Positions 20,781 through 30,756 of a DNA stretch of 64,000 nucleotides are shown one piece after another. Numbering within the stretch: the stretch's first letter is position 1; every line of letters starts with the position of its first letter. The notes beneath the pieces are model-generated. The model did not search any database. It saw nothing but the letters and a program-made list of their open reading frames with translations, and had not been told where the DNA came from. This DNA comes from an uncultured Chloroflexia bacterium (GTDB lineage Bacteria; Chloroflexota; Limnocylindria; Limnocylindrales; CSP1-4). The position numbers were made by a program, and so were the translations under genes. The DNA lies in the NCBI GenBank assembly GCA_963768035.1, contig CAVYGJ010000002.1, positions 305,453-369,452 of the forward strand, given 5' to 3'.

Positions 20781-22211
20781 ATGGCGTTGCGGCAGGATGG
20801 TCGACCGGGTGCCGCGGGCACGCGGGCCGACGGACCACGCCCGCGGCGGTTCGCGCTCGAGGTCGGACGCGTCGTCAAGCGGGCGCCCCGCCGTCCCGCG
20901 CTCGTCCTCGCGCTCGGGTTCCTCGTCCTCATCGCGATCGGCACCGGGCTGCTGATCCTGCCCATCGCCTCGGTGGACGGCTCGTGGACGAACCCGATCA
21001 CGGCCCTGTTCACGGCGACGTCCGCGGTGTGCGTCACGGGGCTCGTCGTCGTGGACACGGCGACGCACTGGAGCCCGTTCGGGCAGGTCGTCATCCTCGC
21101 CCTCATCCAGCTCGGCGGGTTCGGCTTCATGACCGGGTCGACGCTCCTGCTCCTCCTCCTGGTGGGCCGCCGCACGGCGCTCAGCGACCGGATCGTCGCC
21201 CAGGAGTCCGCCGGCGCCCGCGACCTCGGCTCGGTGCGGACGGTCCTCCGGCGGGTCGCGGTCTTCACGCTCCTCGCGGAGGGGATCGGCACCGTCGTCA
21301 TGACGGGCGCGTTCCTGCTCCGCTACGGGGACCCGGCCCGCGCGGCGTGGCACGGGCTGTTCCACACCGTCTCCGCCTTCAACAACGCGGGCTTCGACCT
21401 GATGGGGAGTTTCCAGAGCCTCAACGGCTTCGCGGACGACCCGGTCGTGTTCGTCCCGCTCGGCGTGCTGATCGTCCTCGGCGGGCTCGGCGTCGCGATC
21501 GTGGGCGACGTGATCGACAAGCGCCGCTGGACCCGGTTCGCGCTCGAGACGAAGCTCGTCCTGGTGACGTCGGCGGTGCTCCTCGCCGGCGGGACGCTCG
21601 CGCTGCTCGCGTTCGAGTGGGGCAACCCGCACACGCTCGGCGCGATCGACCCGGTCCAGCGGCCGCTCAACGCGCTGTTCGAGTCGGTCGCGTTCCGGTC
21701 GGCGGGCATGAGCACGATCCCGATCGGCAGCCTCACCGACTCCAGCCTCGTGACCGCGATCGCCCTGATGTTCATCGGCGGTGCGTCCGGCTCCACGGCA
21801 GGCGGGATCAAGGTGACGACCTTCGCGATCCTCCTGTTCACGATCATCTCCACCGTCCGCGGCCGGTCGTTCACCGAGGCGTTCGGACGGCGCGTCACCA
21901 ACGAGGTCGTGTTCCGCGCGCTGTCGATCGCGCTCCTCGCCGTCGCCGTCGTGTTCGGGGCCACGCTCCTGCTCGAGGTCCTCGGCGGGCGCGCAACGTT
22001 CCTCTCGATCGCCTTCGAGGTGGTCTCGGCGTTCGGTACCGTCGGCCATACCACCGGGATCACGCCCACGCTGGGTGACCCGGCGCTGCTGACGCTCGCC
22101 CTCGCCATGTTCTTCGGCCGCCTCGGGCCGCTCACGCTCGTCCTCGCCCTCTCGGCTCGCGCGAAGCCGGTGTCGTACCGGCCGGCCGTCGAGACGATCC
22201 GCATCGGCTGA
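20781..22211 (+). CDS. trkH: TrkH/KtrB-family potassium uptake membrane subunit
   Basis: ATG 20781 lies 7 nt after TAGACT. Repeated pore-loop-like segments (...SAVCVTGL..., ...FNNAGF..., ...RSAGMS..., ...GTVGHTTG...) are typical of Trk/Ktr channels. Followed by trkA. Confidence 0.85.
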   Translation: MALRQDGRPGAAGTRADGPRPRRFALEVGRVVKRAPRRPALVLALGFLVLIAIGTGLLILPIASVDGSWTNPITALFTATSAVCVTGLVVVDTATHWSPFGQVVILALIQLGGFGFMTGSTLLLLLLVGRRTALSDRIVAQESAGARDLGSVRTVLRRVAVFTLLAEGIGTVVMTGAFLLRYGDPARAAWHGLFHTVSAFNNAGFDLMGSFQSLNGFADDPVVFVPLGVLIVLGGLGVAIVGDVIDKRRWTRFALETKLVLVTSAVLLAGGTLALLAFEWGNPHTLGAIDPVQRPLNALFESVAFRSAGMSTIPIGSLTDSSLVTAIALMFIGGASGSTAGGIKVTTFAILLFTIISTVRGRSFTEAFGRRVTNEVVFRALSIALLAVAVVFGATLLLEVLGGRATFLSIAFEVVSAFGTVGHTTGITPTLGDPALLTLALAMFFGRLGPLTLVLALSARAKPVSYRPAVETIRIG

Positions 22212-22226
22212 CCGCAAAGGAGACCC

Positions 22227-22874
22227 ATGAAGACGTCGGTCCTCGTCATCGGCCTCGGGCGCTTCGGCGCCGCCGCCGCACGGGAGCTCATGGCGCTGGG
22301 GCACGAGGTGCTCGCCGTGGACACGAGCGAGACGGTGATCAACGAGATCGCGCCGGACGTGACCCACGCGGTCCAGCTCGACGCCGCCGACGAGGCCGCG
22401 CTGCGCGCGATCGGCGCCGCCGACTTCGAGCACGCGATCGTCGGGATCTCCGACGGCGTCGAGGCGAGCGTCTTCGCCGTGATGGCGCTCAAGCAGCTCG
22501 GCGTGGGCAACGTCATCGCGAAGGCGGGCTCGACGCTCCACGGCGCGATCCTCGAGCGGGTCGGGGCGGACCGGGTCGTGTTCGCCGAGCGCGAGATGGG
22601 ACAGCGCGTGGCGCACTCGTTCGCGATGCCCGACATCGTCGACTACCTGGACGTCGGGCCGCGCTTCGGGATCGTGCGGGTGCGGCCGTCGGAGCGCTGG
22701 GTCGGCCATCCGCTGAGCGACCTCGACGGCGGCCTGACCGCCGTCGCCATCCGACGCGGCGACGCCGTGACCGTGAACCCGACGCAGGACGAGCTGGTGC
22801 AGGCCGGCGACGAGGTGATCCTCATCGGCAAGGACGACCTGCTCGAGCGGCTGGGGGGTCGCGGGGCGCGGTAG
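22227..22874 (+). CDS. trkA: TrkA/KtrA-family RCK regulatory subunit
   Basis: 215-aa ORF. MKTSVLVIGLGRFGAAAARELMALGHEVLAVD Rossmann (RCK_N) plus a C-terminal RCK_C-like part. Confidence 0.85.
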   Translation: MKTSVLVIGLGRFGAAAARELMALGHEVLAVDTSETVINEIAPDVTHAVQLDAADEAALRAIGAADFEHAIVGISDGVEASVFAVMALKQLGVGNVIAKAGSTLHGAILERVGADRVVFAEREMGQRVAHSFAMPDIVDYLDVGPRFGIVRVRPSERWVGHPLSDLDGGLTAVAIRRGDAVTVNPTQDELVQAGDEVILIGKDDLLERLGGRGAR

Positions 22875-23121
22875 GGTCGTTCGTCGTCCCAGTTCCCGGT
22901 TTCCCCCGTTTAGTACCCACGCGGTTCGAACGTCGCGATCCGGGCCGCGGTACCCGTGTGAGTACTGAGACGGCCGGAATACGGTGGTTTCCGGTCGGAT
23001 CCGGCGCGTTGCACCCGCGCCAGGACTGAGTGGGGGAAACGCGGGCTCGCGAGCACTCCCGGCGAAACTCGATACGTCGCGGGCGCACGTTCTTCGTGGA
23101 GATGGAGTACGATGCCCGGGA

Positions 23122-23143
23122 ACCGACCGACTGGTCGGTCGGT
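23122..23143. promoter_or_regulatory. candidate TetR operator (perfect 10-2-10 palindrome) at the men operon promoter
   Basis: ACCGACCGAC-TG-GTCGGTCGGT at 23122-23143, immediately downstream of a TACGAT -10-like hexamer (23108-23113) and 32 nt upstream of the tetR start. Confidence 0.55.
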
Positions 23144-23174
23144 CGCATCGCCAGGACCGTCGAGAGAGCACCCG

Positions 23175-23858
23175 ATGAGCCGTCCCGATCCCGCCGAACA
23201 GAGCCGCAGCCGTCGCGAGCGGATCCTCGACGCCGCGTTCCACGCGTTCGCGACGCGCGGCTATCGCGACACCGCCGTGGACGACATCGCGGGCGCGGCC
23301 GAGACGTCGAAGGGCGGCATCTACTTCCACTTTCCGACCAAGGAAGCGATCTTCCGCGAGCTCATGGAGACGACCGCGGACAAGCTGGTCGCGCGGGTCG
23401 AGAAGGCGGTCGCGCTCGAGACGGAGCCCGTCGCCCGCGCCGAGGCGGCGATCCACACGGTCCTCACGACGTTCGCCGGCCACCGCACGATGGCGCGGCT
23501 GCTGTTCCTCGACACGGTGGGCGCGGGGCGCGTGTTCCAGGCCGAGACGAACGCCCTCCACGCGCGGTTCGCGACGCTGATCCAGGGCTACCTCGACGAC
23601 GCCGTCGCCGCGGGCGCGATCCCGCCGATCGACACGCGGATCACCTCGATCGCCTGGTTCGGCGCGATCAACGAGGTGGTCGCCCGGTGGCTCCTCGCCG
23701 ACGACGCGGCCGGCCTCGAGGAGGCGTACCCGGCCCTCCGCGCGACGCTGCTGCGGTCCGCGGGCGTGCCCGAGGCCCGGATCGGCGAGGTGCCGCTGCC
23801 CGAGCCCGGCTGGTCCTTCCCCGAGGTCCCGAAGGCCGGGAAGGCGACCGGCCGATGA
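23175..23858 (+). CDS. TetR/AcrR-family transcriptional regulator, first gene of the men operon
   Basis: MSRPDPAEQSRSRRERILDAAFHAFATRGYRDTAVDDIAGAAETSKGGIYFHFPTKEAIF, the TetR N-terminal HTH. Its stop overlaps the menF start (ATGA). Confidence 0.85.
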   Translation: MSRPDPAEQSRSRRERILDAAFHAFATRGYRDTAVDDIAGAAETSKGGIYFHFPTKEAIFRELMETTADKLVARVEKAVALETEPVARAEAAIHTVLTTFAGHRTMARLLFLDTVGAGRVFQAETNALHARFATLIQGYLDDAVAAGAIPPIDTRITSIAWFGAINEVVARWLLADDAAGLEEAYPALRATLLRSAGVPEARIGEVPLPEPGWSFPEVPKAGKATGR

Positions 23859-25313
23859 CCGCGACCCGCGACCCGCGCATCGACACCGGCGCCGGCCTCG
23901 GCGAGCGCCTGGCCGCGCTCCTCGCGACGACGACACACGACGGCAAGCGATGGCGACGCCCCGACGCTCGTCTCCGCGACCCTGCCGGCGCCGGCCGCCG
24001 ATCCCGTCTCGCTCTACGCCGCCGCCGTCGAGGTCGGGCTCGAGGCCGCGCTGTGGCTCCGCCCGTCGGAGGGGTCGGCGTTCGTCGGCATCGGTCGGGC
24101 ATGGGCGACGGAGCCCTCGGGCGAGGGACGGTTCCATGCGGCCGAGGCGGCGTGGCGGGCGCTGCTCGCGGGTGCGCGCCTCGACCGGGCACCCGATGGC
24201 GCACGCGGCACCGGCCCGGTCCTGCTCGGCGCGATGGGCTTCACCGGCCGCGAGCCTGCGGCAGACGACGCGTGGGCGCCGTTCGGGGCGAGCTCGCTCG
24301 TGCTCCCGTCGCTCACCCTGGCCGTGTCGCCCACCGGGTCGACCGTCACCGCATCGGTCGTCGGCGGCGACGCGGACCCGCGCGACCTCGAGCGACTGTG
24401 GCGATCGCTCCTCGAACGCGCCCGCGAGCTCGCCCCGAGCCCCAACGGGATCGTCGCGATGCCCGTGTTCGCGCCGCTCGTGGTCGCGGACGAGCAGCCG
24501 TCGAAGGACGTCTTCAAGCGCCTCGTCGGCATGTTCGCCGGCGCGGTCGGCCGCGGCCGGATCGACAAGGTGGTGCTCGCGCGGCGGGTCGGCATGCGCT
24601 CGCCCGTCGAGCTCGACGTCGTCAACGCCCTCCGCCGCCTGTCGGTGAGCGCGCCCGAGAGCACGACCTACGCGTTCCGGCGCGATGGACGGACGTTCCT
24701 CGGCGCCACGCCGGAGCGGCTCGTCAGGACCGAGGGCCGCACGTTCCACACCGTCGCCGTCGCGGGCACGATCCGCCGCGGGGCGGGCCCCGAGGAGGAC
24801 GCCGAGCTCGGCCGCCGGCTCCTCGCCAGCGAGAAGGACCGCGAGGAGCACGCGATCGTCGTGGACGCGATCCGTGGCCTGCTCGCGCCGGTCTCGGACT
24901 CGCTCGCGGTCGCGCCCGAGCCCGGCGTCATGACCCTCCGCTACGTCCAGCACCTCGTGACCGAGATCTCGGGCACGGTCCCCGAGGGCCACGGCCTGCT
25001 GGCCCTGGGCGAGCGCCTCCACCCGACCCCGGCCGTCGGCGGCGACCCGCGGGACGTCGCGCTCGCGCTCATCGACGAGCACGAGGGCTTCGACCGCGGC
25101 TGGTACGCGGGCCCGATCGGCTGGCTCGGGGCCGACGGCGACGGCGAGCTGTGCGTCGCCCTCCGGTGCGGGATCGTCGACCGGACCCGGGCGACGCTGT
25201 TCGCGGGCTGCGGGATCGTGGCGGACTCCGACCCGGACCAGGAGTGGGAGGAGTCGCGGATCAAGCTGCAGGCCGTGATCTCGGCGCTGGGCATCCCGGG
25301 GGAGGACGCGTGA
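23855..25313 (+). CDS. menF: isochorismate synthase MenF; one frame break near 23946
   Basis: C-terminal chorismate-binding signature ...ERLVRTEGR...AGTIRRG...SEKDREEH...LHPTPAVGG...GWYAGPIGW...ALRCG... The N-terminal 30 aa (MTATRDPRIDTGAG...) lie in another frame starting at the ATGA overlap with tetR. Confidence 0.88.
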
Positions 25314-27088
25314 GCGACGCCCGGCTCCTGCGCGCGTTCGCGGCCGAGCTCGTCGCGGCCGGGGTCACCGACGCCGTCGTGTGTCCCGGGTCGCGCTCGA
25401 CGCCGCTCGCCCTGGCGCTCCGCGCCGCGCCCGGCCTCCGGGTCCGCGTCCTCCTCGACGAGCGTGCCGCCGGCTTCTTCGCCCTCGGCATGGCCCGCAC
25501 GAGCGGCCGCCCCGTCGTCCTGCTCGCGACGTCCGGGACGGCGACCGTGGAGTTCGGCCCGGCCGTCGTCGAGGCGAGCCTCTCGCGTGTCCCGCTCGTC
25601 GTGCTGACCGCGGACCGCCCGCCCGAGCTCCGCGACCGCGGCGCGCCCCAGACCATCGACCAGGACCACCTGTATGGCGTCCATGCCAAGTGGTACACGG
25701 AGCTGCCGCTGTTCGACGGCGACCCGGCGACCGAGGCGCACGTCCGATCCGTCGCGGGCCGCGCCGTCGCGACCGCCGCCGCCGGGCCCGCGGGACCGGT
25801 CCAGGTCAACGTCCCGTTCCGCGAGCCGCTGCTCCCCGACGGGCCGCTCGCGGGGTCCGAAGACGGCACCAACGGCGCCGATGCGCCCCTCGCCGCGCCG
25901 TTCACGAGCGCCATCGCCGGGCGGCCGATCCTCGACGACGACCTGCTCGCCGAGCTCGCCGGGCTCCTCGGTCGGACGGCCCGCGGGCTCATCGTCGCCG
26001 GGCCGGACGACGACGCGGAGCTGCCCGAGGCCCTCGCGGGACTGGCTCGGGCGACCGGCTTCCCGATCCTCGCCGACCCGCTGTCCGGGCTGCGCACCGG
26101 TCCCCACGACCGGTCGCTCGTCGTCACCCGGGCGGACCAGCTCGTGCGTCCCGGCGGCTGGATCGAGGCCCATCGCCCGGACCTCGTGATCCGGACCGGG
26201 GCGATGCCCACGTCCAAGCCGATCCTCCAGCTCCTCGAGCGGACCCGGCCGGGGCTCGTCGTGATCGACGGCGACGGCGGCTGGCGCGAGCCCGCGCTGC
26301 TCCCGGCGATGTTCGTCCACGCCGACGCCGCGGCGACCGCCCGCGCGCTCACGGTGCGTCTCGGCAGCTCCGTGCGCCGCGGCACGTGGACCCGCGACTG
26401 GACCGAGGCGGAGCGGACCGCCGCCCGCGCGATGGACGGCTGGCTGGCGGCGCTCGACGAGCCGTTCGAGGGCTCCCCGTTCCCGGCCCTCGCCGAGGCG
26501 CTCCCCGACGGCGCCGTCCTGTGGGCGGGCAACTCGATGCCGGTCCGCGACCTCGACGGGTGGCTGCCGTCGACCGGGCGGGCGATCACGGTCCGCTCCA
26601 ACCGCGGCGCGAACGGGATCGACGGCGTCGTGTCGACCGCGCTCGGCTCGGCGGCGGTCGCGCCCGGGCCGGTCGCGCTCGTCGTCGGGGACGTGTCGTT
26701 CCTCCACGACCTCAACGCGCTGCTCGCGGCGAAGCTCCACGGCCTGTCCGCGACGATCGTGCTCGTGAACAACGACGGCGGCGGCATCTTCTCGTTCCTG
26801 CCCCAGGCGCAGCCGGGCACGCCGCCCGGCTCCGGCCTCCCGGAGCACTACGAGGAGCTGTTCGGGACGCCGCACGGGGTGGACGTCGCGCCGATCGTCG
26901 GCGCGCTCGGCGGCGAGCACGTCCTGGTGGCGGGCAACGCCGACCTGGCCGCGGCCATCGCGGACTCCGTCGGGCGGCCGGGCGTCCGCGTCATCGAGCT
27001 GCGCACCAACCGCGACCGCAACGTCGAGCTCCACCGGGGCGTGGCGGCGGTCGTCGCACGCGCGCTGGCGACGGCGGTGCCGGCATGA
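25310..27088 (+). CDS. menD: SEPHCHC synthase MenD
   Basis: GTGA overlap with menF. ...VCPGSRSTPLALAL...LLDERAAGFFALGMAR...ATSGTATVEF...LTADRPPELRDRGAPQTIDQ..., a ThDP-enzyme signature. Confidence 0.93.
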   Translation: MSDARLLRAFAAELVAAGVTDAVVCPGSRSTPLALALRAAPGLRVRVLLDERAAGFFALGMARTSGRPVVLLATSGTATVEFGPAVVEASLSRVPLVVLTADRPPELRDRGAPQTIDQDHLYGVHAKWYTELPLFDGDPATEAHVRSVAGRAVATAAAGPAGPVQVNVPFREPLLPDGPLAGSEDGTNGADAPLAAPFTSAIAGRPILDDDLLAELAGLLGRTARGLIVAGPDDDAELPEALAGLARATGFPILADPLSGLRTGPHDRSLVVTRADQLVRPGGWIEAHRPDLVIRTGAMPTSKPILQLLERTRPGLVVIDGDGGWREPALLPAMFVHADAAATARALTVRLGSSVRRGTWTRDWTEAERTAARAMDGWLAALDEPFEGSPFPALAEALPDGAVLWAGNSMPVRDLDGWLPSTGRAITVRSNRGANGIDGVVSTALGSAAVAPGPVALVVGDVSFLHDLNALLAAKLHGLSATIVLVNNDGGGIFSFLPQAQPGTPPGSGLPEHYEELFGTPHGVDVAPIVGALGGEHVLVAGNADLAAAIADSVGRPGVRVIELRTNRDRNVELHRGVAAVVARALATAVPA

Positions 27089-27900
27089 CCTCGGCGGCGA
27101 ACGCGCCGGCCTGGGCGCTCCGGGTCCACGGATCGGGACGCCCGCTCGTGCTGCTCCACGGGTTCACCGGGACCGGGGCCGCGTGGGACGAGCTGCTCGA
27201 CGGTCTCGGGGCCGGCCACCGGCTCATCGTCCCGGACCTGCCGGGGCACGGCGGCACATCGGCCGTATCGGCGGATGACGCCTCCGTCGAGCACGCCGCG
27301 GACGCGCTGGCGACGCTGCTTGACGCCCACGGCGCCACCCCCGCCGACGTCGTCGGGTACAGCCTCGGCGCGCGTGTCGCGCTCAGGCTCGCCGTCGTCC
27401 ACCCGTCCGCCGTCGCGCGCCTCGTCCTCGAGAGCCCGAGCGCCGGCATCGAGGCCGCCGATGCCCGGGCCGAGCGCCGCGCAGCCGACGAGGCGCTGGC
27501 CGACCGGATCGAGCGCGACGGGATCGCCTCGTTCGTCGACGAGTGGGAGCACCACCCGATCTTCCACACCCACGCCGCGCTCCCCACCGAGCGCCGCGAC
27601 CGGATCCGCGCGATGCGCCGCTCGAACACCCCATCGGGGCTCGCCGCGAGCCTGCGTGGGGCCGGCCAGGGCGCGATGGAGCCGCTGTTCGACCGCCTCG
27701 CGCTCGTGACCGCGCCGACGCTCGTGCTCGCGGGCGCGCTCGACGACGCCGGCCGGCCGCGCGCCGCCCGGGTCGCGGCGGGGATCCCCGGGGCGCGGCT
27801 CGTCGTCGTCGACGGCGCCGGCCACACCCCGCACGACGAGCAGCCCGACGCCTTCCGCACCCACGTGCTCGACTTCCTGGAGGAGGACCCCGCCGCATGA
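27085..27900 (+). CDS. menH: SHCHC synthase MenH (alpha/beta hydrolase)
   Basis: ATGA overlap with men[31 protein letters not shown] nucleophile elbow, GHTPHDEQP. Confidence 0.85.
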   Translation: MTSAANAPAWALRVHGSGRPLVLLHGFTGTGAAWDELLDGLGAGHRLIVPDLPGHGGTSAVSADDASVEHAADALATLLDAHGATPADVVGYSLGARVALRLAVVHPSAVARLVLESPSAGIEAADARAERRAADEALADRIERDGIASFVDEWEHHPIFHTHAALPTERRDRIRAMRRSNTPSGLAASLRGAGQGAMEPLFDRLALVTAPTLVLAGALDDAGRPRAARVAAGIPGARLVVVDGAGHTPHDEQPDAFRTHVLDFLEEDPAA

Positions 27901-28727
27901 CCGATCCCGTCGCCTGGACGCCCGTCGTCGAGTACAAGGACATCCGCTACGAGCACTCGGGCACCGGCATCGCCAAGGTCACGATCGACCGCCCGGAGGT
28001 CCGCAACGCGTTCCGGCCGCAGACCGTGCGCGAGCTCATCGACGCGTTCGCCCGGATCCGCGACGACCCGTCCGTCGGCTGCGTCCTGCTCACGGGCGCC
28101 GGCGACATGGCGTTCTGCTCGGGCGGCGACCAGAAGTACAAGAGCCACGGCGGCGGCTACCTGGACTCGGACGGCGTGGCCCGGCTCAACGTCCTCGACC
28201 TCCAGCGCCAGATCCGCTCGCTGCCGATCCCGGTGATCGCCCTCGTGAACGGCTACGCCATCGGCGGCGGCCACGTGCTCCACGTCGTGTGCGACATGTC
28301 GATCGCGAGCGAGAACGCGATCTTCGGGCAGGTCGGGCCGCGGGTCGGGAGCTTCGATGCCGGGTTCGGCGTGGGCCTCCTCGCGCGGCTCGTGGGCGAC
28401 AAGAAGGCGAAGGAGATCTGGTTCCTGTGCCGCCAGTACACGGCGGCCGAGGCGATGGCGATGAACCTCGTGAACAAGGTCGTGCCGCTCGCGGACCTCG
28501 AGGCCGAGGGCGTCCAGTGGGCCGACGAGATCCTCGAGATGAGCCCGACGGCGATCCGCTTCCTCAAGTCGTCGTTCCTCGTCGCGACCGACGGGCTGGC
28601 CGGGCTCCAGGAGTTCGCGGGCAACGCGACGGGCCTGTACTACACGACCGACGAGGCGCACGAGGGGAGCACCGCGTTCCTCGAGAAGCGACGCCCCGAC
28701 TACCGCAAGTACCCGCGCCGCCCGTGA
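27897..28727 (+). CDS. menB: 1,4-dihydroxy-2-naphthoyl-CoA synthase MenB
   Basis: ATGA overlap with menH. ...[27 protein letters not shown]...FCSGGDQK...[16 protein letters not shown]...[10 protein letters not shown]. Confidence 0.95.
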   Translation: MTDPVAWTPVVEYKDIRYEHSGTGIAKVTIDRPEVRNAFRPQTVRELIDAFARIRDDPSVGCVLLTGAGDMAFCSGGDQKYKSHGGGYLDSDGVARLNVLDLQRQIRSLPIPVIALVNGYAIGGGHVLHVVCDMSIASENAIFGQVGPRVGSFDAGFGVGLLARLVGDKKAKEIWFLCRQYTAAEAMAMNLVNKVVPLADLEAEGVQWADEILEMSPTAIRFLKSSFLVATDGLAGLQEFAGNATGLYYTTDEAHEGSTAFLEKRRPDYRKYPRRP

Positions 28728-28729
28728 GC

Positions 28730-29692
28730 ATGACCGCCGCCTCCCCGGCCGCGCCCCGGCCCTCGGGCTTCCGGATCTGGATCGTCGCCGCGCGCCCCGC
28801 GACGCTCCCGGCCGCGGTCGCCGGCGTGCTCGTCGGGCTCGGCGCGGCGCTCGCCGTGGGGACGCCGTTCCGCCTCGACACCGCGCTCGGCTGCATCGCC
28901 GTGGCGCTGCTGCTCCAGGTCGCGGCCAACTTCGCGAACGACCTGTCCGACTTCCGGCGCGGCGCCGACACCGACGCGCGGCAGGGGCCGCTGCGGGTCG
29001 CGGCCGCGGGACTGGTGACGGAGCGCCAGCTGGAGATCGCGATCGGCGTCGTCCTCCTGCTCGCCGGCCTCGTCGGGCTGTGGCTCGCGACGATCGGCGG
29101 CTGGGTGCTCGTCGCGCTCGGGGCGGCGGCGATGGTCGCGGCGCTCGCGTACACGGGCGGGCCGTTCCCGTACGGGTACCGGGCGCTGGGCGAGGTGTTC
29201 GTGTTCCTGTTCTTCGGCCTGGTCGCCGTCGTCGGGACGGCGTATCTCCAGGCGCTCCGGCTCGACGGCGTGTTCTTCGCGGCGGCGATCCCGCCGGGCC
29301 TCCTGATCACCGCGATCCTCGTCGTCAACAACCTGCGCGACATCCCGACCGACACCGCTGCCGGCAAGCGGACGCTCGCGGTGGTCCTCGGCAGGCGGCG
29401 GACGCAGGCGGAGTACGGCGTCCTCCTGGGGATCGCGTACGCCGTGCCGGTGGTGCTCGCCGTCGCATGGGTCCTCGGCGCGCGGCCGGCGGGGGAGCCG
29501 TGGGGCCTCGCGTTCGTGACCGCGCTGCCGCTGCTGACGCTGCCGATGGCGCGGCCGCTCCTCCGGACCGTGGCGACGTTCGACGAGCCGCGCCAGCTCA
29601 ACCTCGTGCTCAAGGGGACCGCCCGGCTGTCGCTCGTGTTCGGGCTGCTGTTCGCGGTGGGGCTGGCCGTGGGCGGCGGGGTCGCGGCATGA
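28730..29692 (+). CDS. menA: 1,4-dihydroxy-2-naphthoate polyprenyltransferase MenA
   Basis: UbiA-family NFANDLSDFRRGADTD motif and 8-9 TM segments. ATG 28730 is 3 nt after the menB stop; an alternative GTG 28724 overlaps that stop. Confidence 0.9.
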   Translation: MTAASPAAPRPSGFRIWIVAARPATLPAAVAGVLVGLGAALAVGTPFRLDTALGCIAVALLLQVAANFANDLSDFRRGADTDARQGPLRVAAAGLVTERQLEIAIGVVLLLAGLVGLWLATIGGWVLVALGAAAMVAALAYTGGPFPYGYRALGEVFVFLFFGLVAVVGTAYLQALRLDGVFFAAAIPPGLLITAILVVNNLRDIPTDTAAGKRTLAVVLGRRRTQAEYGVLLGIAYAVPVVLAVAWVLGARPAGEPWGLAFVTALPLLTLPMARPLLRTVATFDEPRQLNLVLKGTARLSLVFGLLFAVGLAVGGGVAA

Positions 29693-30756
29693 CGGCCGCG
29701 CTCGGCGTCCGGCGGGTCCGCGTCCCGTTCCGCGTGCCATTCGAGACGGCGGCGGGCACGTGGGCCGCGCGCGAGTCGCTGCTCGTGGAGATCCGCTCCG
29801 AGGAGGGCGCGCGAGGGATCGGGGAGGCGCCGATCGACGCATCGCTCCGGACCGCGGACCTGACCGGGTACGTCCAGCAGCTCCTCGAGGGGCCAGGCGA
29901 AGGCGTGCCCGATCACGTTCGTCATGCGTTCGCGTCCGGGCTCGGCGGCGCCGTGCTCGACCTCGCGCCGCCGCCCGAGCCCGTCGCCGCGGCGATCCGC
30001 GCCGGGGTCGGCGTCAACGCGACGATCCCGGTCGACGGGATCGACGAGACGGTCGTCGCCGCGGCGGCCGCGGTCGGGGCCGGGTACCGGACGCTCAAGC
30101 TCAAGGCAGGCGCCGCGGAGCGCGCGAGCACGCTCGTGGACCGGGTGCGGGCGGTCCGCCAGGCCGTCGGGCCGCGGGTCGCGATCCGCCTCGACGCGAA
30201 CGGATCCTGGGAGCTCGAGGGCGCCCTGGAGCGCCTACGACTCCTCGAGCCGATCGGGATCCAGTACGTGGAGCAGCCGCTGCCGATCGGCGCTCGCGGC
30301 GGCGCGGCCGCGCTCCGGGAGGCGACCGGCGTGCCGATCGCGGCCGACGAGGCCGTCACCTCCCCGGAGACGGCGATCACGCTCGTGGAGCACGGGGCGG
30401 CCGACGTGCTCGTCGTCAAGCTCGCACGGGTCGGCGGTCCGGGTGCCGCGGCAGCGATCTCGGCCGTCGCCGCCGAGGCGGGCGTGCCCGTCGTGATCTC
30501 GTCGCTGTTCGAGACCGGGTTCGGGCTCGCGGCCGCGGTCGCGTGCGCGGCCGCGCTCCCGGACGTGGACGGGTGGCCGGCCGCGGAGCGCGACCACGGG
30601 CTCGCGACGGCGGGCGTCCTCGTCCACGACCTGCTGCTCGAGCCGCTCGTGATCGCGGACGGGCGGATCCGGGCGCCGTTCGCGGAAGGGTCGGGCGGGC
30701 TGGGGGTCGTCGTCGACGAGGCGGCGGTCGACCGGTACGCGGTGGACGACGCATGA
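29689..30756 (+). CDS. menC: o-succinylbenzoate synthase MenC (enolase superfamily)
   Basis: ATGA overlap with menA. ...YRTLKLKAG...IRLDANGSW...YVEQPLP...PIAADEA...VVKLARVGG... Confidence 0.88.
   Translation: MTAALGVRRVRVPFRVPFETAAGTWAARESLLVEIRSEEGARGIGEAPIDASLRTADLTGYVQQLLEGPGEGVPDHVRHAFASGLGGAVLDLAPPPEPVAAAIRAGVGVNATIPVDGIDETVVAAAAAVGAGYRTLKLKAGAAERASTLVDRVRAVRQAVGPRVAIRLDANGSWELEGALERLRLLEPIGIQYVEQPLPIGARGGAAALREATGVPIAADEAVTSPETAITLVEHGAADVLVVKLARVGGPGAAAAISAVAAEAGVPVVISSLFETGFGLAAAVACAAALPDVDGWPAAERDHGLATAGVLVHDLLLEPLVIADGRIRAPFAEGSGGLGVVVDEAAVDRYAVDDA

Noticed and set aside
22915-22945. tRNA-like GGTTCGAA (T-loop-like) sequence in the trkA-tetR spacer.
   Set aside because: No complementary T-stem, acceptor stem or anticodon arm can be drawn on either strand.
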